From Candidatus Woykebacteria bacterium RBG_13_40_15 (GTDB lineage Bacteria; Patescibacteriota; Microgenomatia; Woykebacterales; RBG-16-39-9b), in contig MHCP01000028.1 in assembly GCA_001816655.1 (NCBI GenBank), positions 30,309-94,308 on the forward strand: DNA of 64,000 nt, written 5' to 3'. Made by a program: the position numbers and the translations under genes. Shown here one piece after another: positions 44,980-55,439 of the stretch (position 1 is the stretch's first letter; each line of letters starts with the position of its first letter). The notes under the pieces are model-generated. The model searched no databases. It was not told the DNA's origin and saw only the letters and a program-made list of their open reading frames with translations.

Positions 44980-46236
44980 TTAGCTAAGGTCAGGAGGACT
45001 TTCAGGAGGGTTTTGAGGAGGATTTAAAGTATTCGAAATTGCTTCTTTCAACTTCCCTTTCCTTTTCTCCCATATAACTAAAATAGCGATTAACGCTAGG
45101 ATTGCTACAACTACAAAGGCTGGTAAAGCTACTCTCAATATCCCTTGTAAACTTACTTCGCCAGCAAAAGCTGTAACCTGATACTCCTGCCGGCTCTTCG
45201 AAGCTTTTACGTCGATTTCTGCACCAAAAGTCTCTTCTCCAGATGTTAAATTTACCCCATGCTTACCTAAAGAGATGTCTTCAAATTTTACTATTCCTTC
45301 TTTGTCCGTAGTCGCTTCCTCCAAACCAGGATAAATCTTCACTTTTATTCCGGAGAGAGGTTTACCGGCTGGATCGGAGACTTTTATTTGGATAGAATAA
45401 CCCTTTGTTTTGAATGATAAAATTTTGCTAGTCGCGGCGTTGCCAGCCTCATCTGCACTTATAACTTTATAATAGTAAGTGGTCCCTGGAACAAGAAAAT
45501 TGCCGGAAAGATTGATAACTTGGCTAGTTCTTAATCCTCCGTTTGAGGCAGAAAGGCCAAGATTCTGGGAAATACCATAATTAACAGTTGAATTTGCTGG
45601 TTCATTGGTCTTCCAAGAAATTGTCGCCGAATTTAAACCAGGCTTGCTAACTTTTATATTTGAAATTACCGGGGCAGTCTTATCAACTGGTTTGGGGGTA
45701 GATGTAGATGTTACCGGGGCAGTCTTATCAACTGGTTTGGGGGTAGATGTAGTAGATGTAAAGCTGTAAGTTCCACCGCTTGATCCTGTCATTATGTTTA
45801 TTCCGTCATTAACTATTGCTGAGCCTCCTGAAAAAGAGACCGTGGCCAAGCCCGAGGAAACCTTGGCTCTGAAAGTCAGTGTTGCCAGTAGCTTGTCTCC
45901 AACTACCGGGCTTAAGGTTCCTCGACTGATTGTTATTGAACCTCCCCCACCACTACTTGGTGCTTCTATCTCGAATGCACTACCTGCTGAACTAATGCCA
46001 AGAAAATCCAATGAAGCTGTGGGATAAGTAAGGTTTGCTGTTACAGCGTTCGCGGGAGTTCCTCCCGTGTTAACTCGCACAGAAACAGAAAATGTTGCTC
46101 CTTGGACGACTGTAGCTGAGCCTGGTGACAAATAGAGACTGCCTCCAGCAAAAACTTTTGAAAGAGGGGCCAATGGGAAAATTAAAATTATAGAAACTAA
46201 ACCTGCTATTAACAACTTGGGCAGCTGTTTTATCAT
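44980..46236 (-). CDS. cohesin-like domain surface protein with fibronectin-III-like region and C-terminal TM anchor (anchoring scaffoldin-like)
   Basis: After the N-terminal signal/TM, the segment LYLSPGSATVVQGATFSVSVRV...LTYPTASLDF...GDKLLATLTFRAKVSSG...VSFSGGSAIVNDG fits the cohesin beta-sandwich pattern. C-terminal TM AFVVVAILALIAILVIW. Confidence 0.55.
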   Translation of the reverse strand: MIKQLPKLLIAGLVSIILIFPLAPLSKVFAGGSLYLSPGSATVVQGATFSVSVRVNTGGTPANAVTANLTYPTASLDFLGISSAGSAFEIEAPSSGGGGSITISRGTLSPVVGDKLLATLTFRAKVSSGLATVSFSGGSAIVNDGINIMTGSSGGTYSFTSTTSTPKPVDKTAPVTSTSTPKPVDKTAPVISNIKVSKPGLNSATISWKTNEPANSTVNYGISQNLGLSASNGGLRTSQVINLSGNFLVPGTTYYYKVISADEAGNAATSKILSFKTKGYSIQIKVSDPAGKPLSGIKVKIYPGLEEATTDKEGIVKFEDISLGKHGVNLTSGEETFGAEIDVKASKSRQEYQVTAFAGEVSLQGILRVALPAFVVVAILALIAILVIWEKRKGKLKEAISNTLNPPQNPPESPPDLS

Positions 46237-46237
46237 T

Positions 46238-48055
46238 TTATGTTCCCCACCTTGAAAGTAGTATACTTAAATCAAATATATCAACTATCCCACTACTATT
46301 CAAATCTGCCGCCACATTGCTGCTTCCCCACCTAGTCAGAAGGATGCTTAAATCAAAGATGTCTACTTTCCCATCACCGTTTATATCCGCTGTCTTTCTG
46401 GTTGTCGCTGAAGCGGTGCTTGAAGAGGTAGAAGCACTTCCGACTTTATCAATTGCTTTGACGTAGTAACTATAAGAAGTTGCTGGCGTTAACCCAGTGT
46501 CGTTATAACTAGTGGTGTTAACTAAACCCGTGTTAATCTTAATGCCGCCGCGGTAAATATCATAACCGGCCACTCCGATCGCATCTGTACTAGCCGTCCA
46601 GGTAAGATTGATTTGAGTACCGCTGACAGCAGTAGCCGTCAATCCAGTTGGTGCTGATGGCAGTGTATTATCAGTAGTAACGTTTATTGTAGCCGCATTA
46701 GTATTACCAGCGTTATCATAGGTGGTTGCCAAAATAGCGTGATTCCCATCGGCCATTGTGGTCGTATCCCAGCTGTATAAGTAGGGGGAGGATATGTCGG
46801 TAACTTTTAAGCTTCCGTCGATACGAAACTCAACCTTTGAAATTCCATTGGCATCTGAGGTTGTAACCGCTATATTAACGGTCCCACGTAGAAAAGCGGC
46901 GGCTGCTGGCGAGGTAATAGAAGCGGTCGGAGAAGTATTGTCAACCGTCACCGCCACAGCGGAAGAGTTACCCACATTACCAGCATTATCATAGGCTTTG
47001 GCTGATAAGCTGTGCGAACCATCGGTCACCGCTGTTGTATCCCAGGAATAAGCAAAGGGGGAAGACGTGTCAGTAGATTTCAACCCCCCATCAACATAAA
47101 ATTCGACTTTTGTTACACCGACAGTGTCGGAAGCAGTCGCTGTTGCATTCACCGTTCCCCGAACAAGTGCTCCACCAACAGGTGCGGAGATGTAAACTGT
47201 GGGAGCATTATTATCAACGATAACATTAATCGTTGCTGTAGTTGTATTATTCGAGTCATACGCTTTTGCTGATATGGTGTGACCGCCATCAGTTAATGTC
47301 GTGGCATCTAAAGAATATGCGTAGGGCGTCGTTGTGTCGATACTTTTGGAACTGCCATCCACCAAGAATTCTACTTGGGTTACGCCTAAATCATCTGAAG
47401 CAGTCGCCGTAACATTAACTGTTCCTTTAACAGTTGAGCCGGCCGCTGGATTGGTAATCGTTACCGTTGGCGGCGGATTGACAACAGTGAAAGTACCGCT
47501 AGTTGTATTACCTAAAATGTCGATGTTGTCCGTACTTCGCACGATTGCAGATCCGGCTGCAAAACTTACCGCTGTTGCACCAGGCACATATTTTGCTTTA
47601 AAAGTAACTGTCGCCACGAGTTGATCACCAGTAACCGGTGTCGCACCACCGGCTAACGCTCTGGCGATCCGGATTGAGCCAGCCCCACCGCTACCTTCCG
47701 CGACGGTTGTAAACGAGGTACCGGCGGGCGGATTATCAAGACTGACAAAATCTAGCTTTGTAGCATCATACGTTAAGTTAGCTTGGACGGCATTAACCGG
47801 TTCAGTATTACTGTTTTCTCTGACCTGGACAGTGAAGTTTGTTCCTTGGTTAATGCTCTGAGTTGCTGGTGAAATGGATAAAGTTATCCCAGCCAGGGCC
47901 CTACTTCGAAATTCCCGGGCGTTTAGCACCGCAATTACCGTCAGCGGGATAGAAATCAAAATAATTAGGGTAGCTAAAATCACCGGTAAATCTTTTGGGT
48001 TATAAGGTGGGTTGATAATTCGGCGGTATTTTCTAAGCAACTCGGCAGTTTTCAT
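46238..48055 (-). CDS. cohesin-like + 4x Ig-like repeat + FN3-like + C-terminal type-I dockerin protein (adaptor scaffoldin-like)
   Basis: N-terminal cohesin-like segment (ISPATQSINQGTNFTVQV...GDQLVATVTFKAKYVPG). Four ~90-aa repeats follow (TVKGTVNVTATASDDLGV...YAYSLD). The protein ends DINGDGKVDIFDLSILLTRWGSS...DLNSSGIVDIFDLSILLSRWGT, a duplicated Ca-loop dockerin. Confidence 0.6.
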   Translation of the reverse strand: MKTAELLRKYRRIINPPYNPKDLPVILATLIILISIPLTVIAVLNAREFRSRALAGITLSISPATQSINQGTNFTVQVRENSNTEPVNAVQANLTYDATKLDFVSLDNPPAGTSFTTVAEGSGGAGSIRIARALAGGATPVTGDQLVATVTFKAKYVPGATAVSFAAGSAIVRSTDNIDILGNTTSGTFTVVNPPPTVTITNPAAGSTVKGTVNVTATASDDLGVTQVEFLVDGSSKSIDTTTPYAYSLDATTLTDGGHTISAKAYDSNNTTTATINVIVDNNAPTVYISAPVGGALVRGTVNATATASDTVGVTKVEFYVDGGLKSTDTSSPFAYSWDTTAVTDGSHSLSAKAYDNAGNVGNSSAVAVTVDNTSPTASITSPAAAAFLRGTVNIAVTTSDANGISKVEFRIDGSLKVTDISSPYLYSWDTTTMADGNHAILATTYDNAGNTNAATINVTTDNTLPSAPTGLTATAVSGTQINLTWTASTDAIGVAGYDIYRGGIKINTGLVNTTSYNDTGLTPATSYSYYVKAIDKVGSASTSSSTASATTRKTADINGDGKVDIFDLSILLTRWGSSNVAADLNSSGIVDIFDLSILLSRWGT

Positions 48056-48096
48056 TTCTTTATTTAAGTATTGCCCCTTGTCGTTTACTTGTCAAC

Positions 48097-50661
48097 CTAA
48101 CTCCCCCAATAAGAAAGGAGAATCGAGAGATCGAAGATATCTACTGTACCATTTTTATTTAAATCGGCGGTCGTATCGCTGCTTCCCCAACGAGTCAAAA
48201 GGATAGAAAGATCAAAGATATCGACTTTTCCGTCACTATTCAAATCCCCAGTCTTTGTTAAGCTGGTTACTTGATAAACCGCACTTGTCGAAGCGCTGTA
48301 ACTGGCAGCCGAAGAATTGGTCGCGGTAGTGGAGATTGTGTAGTTACCGGCGGAAGCTGAGGTTGATGATGTCACTTTGATTGTTGAACTCCCATTCGCG
48401 CCGGAAGTTAAGGTTAAAGATGCTGGTGTGAATGTGGCTGACCAACCAGTTGGGACAATACTAGAGAGCGAAAAGGTTGAGCTGCCACAGACTGAATTGT
48501 CACTATTAGTCACCGATACTGTATAGCTTAAGGTGGTTCCGGCTGTTCCTCCCTGGCTGGCGGGAGCTAAACTCACAGTTGGATTGGCTCTGGTGCAGGT
48601 TGCATTATTAACTGTCACTGACACGGTACTTGCGCCACCCAGGTTATTTGGAACACCAAAAGCTTCACCGGATTTATCATAAGCTGTGGCGGTAAGGGTA
48701 TATCCACCATCCGCTACTTTCGTCGTATCCCAAGGTACACTAAATGGCTCTGTCGTATCGGTAGCAATTACTTGCCCCATTCCCCCGTAGGGAATGTAAG
48801 CGAATTCCACTTCTTTAATACCAGAGGCATCGGCGGCGTTGGCAGCAATTGTAACCGTGCCCGAAACTGTTGCTCCGGAACTTGGCGCAGTAATCGAAAC
48901 AGTTGGAACGGTAAAGTCGGTCTTGCCTAGAACAACATTTAAAGTTAAAGCCGAGGCGGTTGCCGATGTCACCGCTATTCGGGTACCGGTATCCGGATCG
49001 GTGAAAGACGAGCCAGGCGTCACAACGATTGTACTAATACTAATAGGCGGGGTTGGATCAAGAAGCGCGGTCTTGTTAATTGGGGAAAGAGGGATGTGAA
49101 GAAGAGCGCCTTGGTAAACACTGTCTGACGGGCTTTTTGCCGAATCAAAACCAATTGGTTGGCGGTATTCAACATAGAGATAATCGGCCGTAGACTGGCC
49201 CCGCTGAATCTTCAAGGCTTTCAGGCTAGCTGTAGCTCTCTCAATCGGTTCTAAAACATAAGCCCCACTAGTCGTAACTGTCTGAATATTGGTCGGGTCA
49301 AACCAACCCACATTTTCTTTATGGGCAGCGTTGAAGTGAAAAGGTGGGCTAGTAGACCCCATAATATCGTAGGGATCACCATATTCGTAAACAGTACAGC
49401 CAGAGGGGGCAATAGTGACGCTGCCGCAATCAAGTAGTGAGGCGTGGCCACTACCAAAGCCATGGCCTAGTTCATGACCGACTAGCCCAAGATCAAACCC
49501 ATAATTCGACACAATGGAAGCCCAGGATAAACTGACATTACCGTCAGCGGTAACTATTGTAGTTTTCCCTATGCTGGCCGCTCCTGCCCAACCGCAGCTC
49601 GGACCATAAGGGGCAATAATAACAAGACGGCTGTAGTTTGGAAAATAAACAGCACTGTCAGCTAAATTTATAGCTTCCTGCAAAACAGTACCACCGGCAC
49701 TGCAGGTTTGGTCTATCGGTAGTGTATACCAACCATAAACATCACCGGTTATGCTGATTTTGTTGTAGGAAAGTTCAGCGTAGAAATTATTAATCTGCGT
49801 ATCAACAAAATTATCCACCTGGGCGCTGGTAAAAGAGGGCTGAGCGGTGTTTTGAAAATTTACCAGTAAAGTGACTGTTCTCTGTTGCCCCAGAACCGGT
49901 GGATTGCCCGGTTGCGACACCACATCAATCCCGCCTTTAAGGTCGCCGGCTTGGGAAAGCGGGCGGCTGCCATCAAAAACAAGATCATTATCAATCTGCA
50001 TTCCTTTGACTTTAACCCTGGTTCGGGATTCTAAAAAGGCCCGAAGACCACCGGCCGGATGGATACTTATCTTTTTTCCGCTGTCAGTTTTCAGGGTATA
50101 ACTGGTTGTGCTTGTTCCTTCCTTGAAAAAGTCGGCGTGCACTACCTCAAGCTGTCCCTCAATGGTTGCTGATCTTTCCAGACAGTTTTGCGCTAATGGG
50201 GCAAAGTTGCTTCTCTCCTGATCAGAAAGAAGCGAGTTTAAAGCCTGGTCGGGATTTTGGCGCATGGTTTCCACTAAGTCGCTCTTTCGTTCTTGAAGGA
50301 GACTCTGAAGTTCTTTGGCGGCTTTCACGCTGCCATCTTTTTTAAACTCTTGCTGCTTTTGGGTAAGATCCACCGTAACACTGGCAAGCTTTGAAGCAGC
50401 AACTTTAGCTCTGTTTTTATCCGGTCTTTCGCTAAAACTTTCCAAAGGTTCCGCCGAACAGTAAACCTTCTGAACTATCTGCTGACCACTTGGATTAGCT
50501 ACTGCTTTCGAAGTCGGCTCCCTAGTCTGCAGAATAGAAATTACGGTCAAGGGGATGGTGATAAGAAGAAACACGGTTAAAAAAAGGCTTATCAAATCCC
50601 TTGGATCATAAGGGGGATTAATGCTTTTGCGATACTTTTGAAAAAGATCGGCAGCCCTCAC
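48097..50661 (-). CDS. secreted metzincin-like zinc protease with C-terminal dockerin
   Basis: HELGHGFGSGH fits HExxHxxGxxH. Ig-like domains. Ends DLNSDGKVDIFDLSILLTRWGSS...DLNKNGTVDIFDLSILLSYWGS. Confidence 0.6.
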   Translation of the reverse strand: MRAADLFQKYRKSINPPYDPRDLISLFLTVFLLITIPLTVISILQTREPTSKAVANPSGQQIVQKVYCSAEPLESFSERPDKNRAKVAASKLASVTVDLTQKQQEFKKDGSVKAAKELQSLLQERKSDLVETMRQNPDQALNSLLSDQERSNFAPLAQNCLERSATIEGQLEVVHADFFKEGTSTTSYTLKTDSGKKISIHPAGGLRAFLESRTRVKVKGMQIDNDLVFDGSRPLSQAGDLKGGIDVVSQPGNPPVLGQQRTVTLLVNFQNTAQPSFTSAQVDNFVDTQINNFYAELSYNKISITGDVYGWYTLPIDQTCSAGGTVLQEAINLADSAVYFPNYSRLVIIAPYGPSCGWAGAASIGKTTIVTADGNVSLSWASIVSNYGFDLGLVGHELGHGFGSGHASLLDCGSVTIAPSGCTVYEYGDPYDIMGSTSPPFHFNAAHKENVGWFDPTNIQTVTTSGAYVLEPIERATASLKALKIQRGQSTADYLYVEYRQPIGFDSAKSPSDSVYQGALLHIPLSPINKTALLDPTPPISISTIVVTPGSSFTDPDTGTRIAVTSATASALTLNVVLGKTDFTVPTVSITAPSSGATVSGTVTIAANAADASGIKEVEFAYIPYGGMGQVIATDTTEPFSVPWDTTKVADGGYTLTATAYDKSGEAFGVPNNLGGASTVSVTVNNATCTRANPTVSLAPASQGGTAGTTLSYTVSVTNSDNSVCGSSTFSLSSIVPTGWSATFTPASLTLTSGANGSSTIKVTSSTSASAGNYTISTTATNSSAASYSASTSAVYQVTSLTKTGDLNSDGKVDIFDLSILLTRWGSSDTTADLNKNGTVDIFDLSILLSYWGS

Positions 50662-50725
50662 AATTAAATTGTAGGATTCAATTTCTGACCTGTCAACTTG
50701 GACGGGGAATAGGAACCAGAGCCCT

Positions 50726-53700
50726 TTAAATTCCCCAGTGGGAAAGGAGAATCGAGAGATCGAAGATATCTACTGTACCATTTTTATTCAAATCAGCGGC
50801 TGTATCGCTGCTTCCCCAACGAGTCAAAATGATAGAAAGATCAAAGATATCTACCTTGCCATCGCCATTTATATCGCCGATCTTGCCTGCGTTTGAGACA
50901 TTCACAGTAATGGTTGCTGATGTACCAATATTATTGGCGGCATCATAGGCTTTGGCGGAAAGTGTATGGGAGCCGTTGGAATAAGCTGTAGTATTCCAAG
51001 AAAAACTGTATGGGCTTGTTGTATCTGTAGTATTCAATGTCCCATCAACCAAAAAATCCACTTCGGTTACCCCAGTGTTATCCGAAGCAGTAGCCGCAAC
51101 TGCTACTGTTCCCGAAACCGCTGCTCCCACCGCAGGCGAAGTGATAGCCACTGTCGGCGGAGTTATATCACTAGTCTCGTAAGTAATAACTAACTCACCT
51201 ATATTTGCCCACGAGGAATCCCTCTCAAAGGAAATCAAGGGACCAGCAGTTGCTGAACCATTATTACTAATAACAAAAGCCATTGACTTCCCACTCTCCC
51301 AGTTTTCTTGATCAACTAACTCCTGCACAATCGAAGTAATCTTCGAGGTAAACTCATAGCTACCAAAACTAGTGATATTCCAATCTGCGTAAGCAACGGT
51401 GGTCGGTAAATTCGCTGGGTTATTGCTTGTGGAAAAAGTAGCCACATCCGGATCAGCCACGCCCTTCAGCTTCAAGTTCAAAGCCGGAACCGCATTATTT
51501 GGTGAAAAAATAAGGGCCGCATTAGTAATTTTTGCCCCACGGGGAATATGAAGATCTGTAAACCGAAAACCAGTGGTAAGATTTTTTGAACACGAAGGAT
51601 TGTAACCGATCCAAAGATTATCCCCCGTAAGCTCCAGGAAACAACTATCAACTGCATCGTCAGAGCCAAGTGTGATTTTTTTGAATACATTGGTAACAGG
51701 AGGGATTGTCGGATCCGGCGTAATGCCAGGATCAGTGTTGAACGGGTTCTTATAAATAAGAACGCGGCTCCGATTACCATCGACAATATATAAATTGTCG
51801 AATTTATCAAAAGTAGCCCCAAGCGGCAATATAGTAAAATCTCTAAGATAGCCGGTTGGAAGGATTTCAGGACCGGTTGGATCATCATAGTAGCCAATAA
51901 AACCTCCATGCTTATACGCATTGTAACCAACTGCCATTCGGTTAGTAGAGTCAAAGGCCGGCTCCCAAGTAGCAGCAATTTGGGAACTTTTTTCGGGAAA
52001 ACTTTTGGCTGCAAAGGGCCCAAAGCACACTTTCGTATTATTCTCTGTGCAAGCATCAATCACGCTTTGGGTAAAAATAAGCAGGCGGAAGTTGCCGCTT
52101 GCCTCAAGAGAATGATCAGAAACGTAAAGATTCCCTTTTCGATCAAAAGAAAGAGCGCCGGGAGCATTAAGAAAATTTAACGGGGGTGCTTGACCCTCGC
52201 TAAAAGTTTGACCGCGATTTGGCAATACGCTAGTTGCGTCCTCTTGACCAAGAATAACATCAACAACCGGATTTGATCCCAGCGGATCTCTGACTCTAAA
52301 TACCCGGTTGTTGCCCGGTTCCGAAATCCAAAGGTATTCCCCATGAGCAGTTGGAGCAATTCCGGGAGAGTCTCTCGTTTCTGGTATCTGGCCACCGCCT
52401 AAAACATTAAAGGGGTAACCAATAATTTTAATCAGCTTATCCCCGATTTTAACCGGCGCCTGAAAAACCCTGACATTGTAGTCGGTTCTAACCCAAATCC
52501 TGCTATCAGCGTCGGATTTAATTTGAGTATAGTAGCCGCGAATAACATTTCCTTCCAAAGTTTCGAGATCTCTCTGGCCAATAACTCCATCAGCGGGCTG
52601 CCCGCTCACCAAAGAAGTAGGATTATTCCAAAAAAGGATTCTCGCTGCCCCATCACTAACAAAAAGCTGGTTGGCAGCGACAGCAATACCGCTGCCAGAT
52701 ATCATTCTTCTGCCACTAATACCATTAGGCTCCCCGGGAGCAATGGGACTGAATAAATCACGGTTTGGATTAAGTGATGACGCTGGGTTAACTAGCGGAT
52801 TATTAAAAAGATAAACCGATGCCCCAGTACCGTCGGATCTTGCAACAAGCACATTACCCTGAGCATCAATTCCAATTTCTCCTAAGCTAGCTCCACCATC
52901 TGGATTTAGGGTTTTTTTAAGTGTAGCTCCATCCCAGCCAAAAAGAACAACTTTGCCATGCTGCGAATCATTAATCCACAAGCCTGCTCCGCTTGGATCA
53001 ACTTCACCCATATAAGGCACCCGCAGCCCTGTTCCGAAAGTACCAGAAGCTGTCATACCATTGGTGAAATCAGGATTGGGTGTGAAAACTAAAACCCGGT
53101 CATTGCCTCCATCAGCAACGTAGAGCTTGCCATCCGGACCAAAGCGCAGAGAGTTGGGATTTGCCATTTGATTTAAACCGCTTCCTTTGTGATCCCAGCC
53201 AGTACCAGAAGTAAAGTTATCTTGCCCCAGAACTAAATTAGCGGTTTTTGCAAACAAGCCGGTGGCTTTATCCTTTGGAAATCGCAAAACTCTATTGTTA
53301 CCCTCATCAGCCACCCACAAATCTCCTTTCGCATCAATCGCAACCCCCACACCATGGTAAGACCCAGCAGCTAAATCGTAAAAACAAAGAGTAGAAGCTG
53401 TCGGTTGATTTTCCGGGCTTCCAAAAGAAGCTGAATTCTGGTTGCAGAGATTGCCAGTAAAATCAGTCTGCCCAATCACCTGACTGGCGGAAGCATTGGT
53501 AACCCAGGGGTTGTCGTAAACCAAAACGCGGTGATTTTCCAAATCCGGAACAACTAATCTGCCACCGTCAAGATCCATACCAATAAAGCTTAAGATTTCG
53601 TCCGGGCTATTTACCCCATCATCCATGCCGCAGAGAGTTTGGGCGGAAGCCGGAGCCCTGGTTGGATAATTTTGAAAAGACAAATCCCGGTTGCAGGCGC

Positions 53701-54148
53701 CCCAATCGCTGAGGGAGGGCTGCCCAATAACAATATCGGCACTACAGGCAGAGGATCCCGAGTAACACTTAGCTAAATCAATACCAAGGATACGGCTACG
53801 TTGGGCATCAAAGATATAGGCTCTACCCGGATTGGTAGAGCGATCAACCAATACCCCGCCAACTTTCCGCACATTGTAAGGTAGAATTTCGCCCCTAGAA
53901 AGCTCCCCAAAATCCCTTTGGCCTAAAATTACATCTGCCCAAAGATCCCCAGATACACCTCGAACCGATTGACTCGCTGCTTTTGGCTGATAACTTCTTA
54001 TATTAAAAACTGCAAAAACTGTCAAAGGAATTGCTACAAGGATAAATATCGTAGCTAAAATTGGAAGTAGGTCCTTACGGCTGTAGGGCGGATTTATACT
54101 TTTCCGATATTCGACAGCAGATTTTTGGAACAGATTACAGGCTCTCAT
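50726..54148 (-). CDS. 1140-aa NHL/beta-propeller repeat protein with C-terminal dockerin
   Basis: Many repeats of the NHL/YVTN type (...GNNRVLV...DGKLYVAD...). C-terminal Ig-like region, then DINGDGKVDIFDLSIILTRWGSS...DLNKNGTVDIFDLSILLSHWGI. Confidence 0.6.
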   Translation of the reverse strand: MRACNLFQKSAVEYRKSINPPYSRKDLLPILATIFILVAIPLTVFAVFNIRSYQPKAASQSVRGVSGDLWADVILGQRDFGELSRGEILPYNVRKVGGVLVDRSTNPGRAYIFDAQRSRILGIDLAKCYSGSSACSADIVIGQPSLSDWGACNRDLSFQNYPTRAPASAQTLCGMDDGVNSPDEILSFIGMDLDGGRLVVPDLENHRVLVYDNPWVTNASASQVIGQTDFTGNLCNQNSASFGSPENQPTASTLCFYDLAAGSYHGVGVAIDAKGDLWVADEGNNRVLRFPKDKATGLFAKTANLVLGQDNFTSGTGWDHKGSGLNQMANPNSLRFGPDGKLYVADGGNDRVLVFTPNPDFTNGMTASGTFGTGLRVPYMGEVDPSGAGLWINDSQHGKVVLFGWDGATLKKTLNPDGGASLGEIGIDAQGNVLVARSDGTGASVYLFNNPLVNPASSLNPNRDLFSPIAPGEPNGISGRRMISGSGIAVAANQLFVSDGAARILFWNNPTSLVSGQPADGVIGQRDLETLEGNVIRGYYTQIKSDADSRIWVRTDYNVRVFQAPVKIGDKLIKIIGYPFNVLGGGQIPETRDSPGIAPTAHGEYLWISEPGNNRVFRVRDPLGSNPVVDVILGQEDATSVLPNRGQTFSEGQAPPLNFLNAPGALSFDRKGNLYVSDHSLEASGNFRLLIFTQSVIDACTENNTKVCFGPFAAKSFPEKSSQIAATWEPAFDSTNRMAVGYNAYKHGGFIGYYDDPTGPEILPTGYLRDFTILPLGATFDKFDNLYIVDGNRSRVLIYKNPFNTDPGITPDPTIPPVTNVFKKITLGSDDAVDSCFLELTGDNLWIGYNPSCSKNLTTGFRFTDLHIPRGAKITNAALIFSPNNAVPALNLKLKGVADPDVATFSTSNNPANLPTTVAYADWNITSFGSYEFTSKITSIVQELVDQENWESGKSMAFVISNNGSATAGPLISFERDSSWANIGELVITYETSDITPPTVAITSPAVGAAVSGTVAVAATASDNTGVTEVDFLVDGTLNTTDTTSPYSFSWNTTAYSNGSHTLSAKAYDAANNIGTSATITVNVSNAGKIGDINGDGKVDIFDLSIILTRWGSSDTAADLNKNGTVDIFDLSILLSHWGI

Positions 54149-54190
54149 GAAGTTAACTTAATTTTCGCTTATTGGACTTTCACTGTCAAT

Positions 54191-55279
54191 TTAATTTGGA
54201 AGGGAGTATGAGCCGGAGCCTAGATTTTTAACTTTCCCTTTTATCTCCATTAAGGAAAGGATTGAGCCTATTTTTGAGGCTGGAAGTTTTGAGGCTCTTG
54301 CTATTTCATCAATATGAGTAGGCCCGTTTCTTAGTAAATCTAAAATTGTTTGCTCTTCCTCTGTATCCCCCTTTATTTCTCTTAAATCTAGCATCTTAGA
54401 TCTTAGATCTATATTTAATTCTTCAAGAATATCCCCAACGTTCATCACTAATTTCGCGCCTTGTTTTATCAATTGTGCTGGCCCTTTTGCGAGGCCTGAA
54501 TAAATCGGTCCCGGAACGGCAAAAACTTCCCTTCCTTGTTCTCCTGCAAGACCCGCTGTAATCAAAGAACCGGAGTCTTCGCCTGCTTCAGTTACAAGAA
54601 CGCCCAGCGAAAGACCAGAAATTATCCTATTTCTCGAAGGGAAATTACCCGGAGTCGCTAGCATCTCAAGTGGATATTCGCTGATAACTGCCCCATCATT
54701 ATTAATAATATTTTCAGCTAAAGAAACGTTTTCAGGCGGATAAATATTGCAGACACCACTTCCAAGTACCGCAATTGTTTTTCCTTTATTTTCCAAAGTA
54801 GCTTTGTGGGCTAAAGAATCTACCCCACGTGCAAGACCGGAAATGATCGTAAAACCAGCCGCAACAAGATCACCAACCAAAATCTCGGTGACTTGTCGAC
54901 CATAACTTGTTATTTTTCGAGATCCAACCACCGCAATGCATCTATTTTCCACACCCAAATCAAGATTTCCTTTTATATATAGCACTGGTGGTGGATCAGA
55001 AATTTCCTTTAAAATAGATGGATAACTTTTATCATCAATTGTAATTACTTTTACATTTTTAGCAGCTATTTTTTTATAGTAGCTGTCGACATCAAAGCTT
55101 TTTCTAAACGCGATAAATTGCCTAAAAATAGCGGGAGTTAATACCTTTTCTAAAACTTCTTCTTTTTCTCTCCAAATATTTTCTGCTGTTTTGAAATGTT
55201 TAATAAGGAGTTTAAAATGAACCGGCCCAATTCCCGGAGTAGCTGCAAGAGCAACATAATAAGGCAGATCAGATTTCAT
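54191..55279 (-). CDS. dprA: DNA processing protein DprA/Smf
   Basis: Rossmann-like core ...IAVVGSRK...GLARGVDSLAHKA...GSGVCNIYPPEN with a C-terminal winged helix. Confidence 0.85.
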   Translation of the reverse strand: MKSDLPYYVALAATPGIGPVHFKLLIKHFKTAENIWREKEEVLEKVLTPAIFRQFIAFRKSFDVDSYYKKIAAKNVKVITIDDKSYPSILKEISDPPPVLYIKGNLDLGVENRCIAVVGSRKITSYGRQVTEILVGDLVAAGFTIISGLARGVDSLAHKATLENKGKTIAVLGSGVCNIYPPENVSLAENIINNDGAVISEYPLEMLATPGNFPSRNRIISGLSLGVLVTEAGEDSGSLITAGLAGEQGREVFAVPGPIYSGLAKGPAQLIKQGAKLVMNVGDILEELNIDLRSKMLDLREIKGDTEEEQTILDLLRNGPTHIDEIARASKLPASKIGSILSLMEIKGKVKNLGSGSYSLPN

Positions 55280-55439
55280 TTGAGAACCATTATATCAAAA
55301 AGAAAAACGACCCGTTTCCGAGTCGCTTCTCTTCCTAAGAAAACCTCTAATGAGATTTGCTTGGGAAGAACCCCGGTGTCGTGACAAGTCACTTCTTGAC
55401 TCGTACGTCCTGGGGCACTCCTTGCTATTCGGTTCTCGA

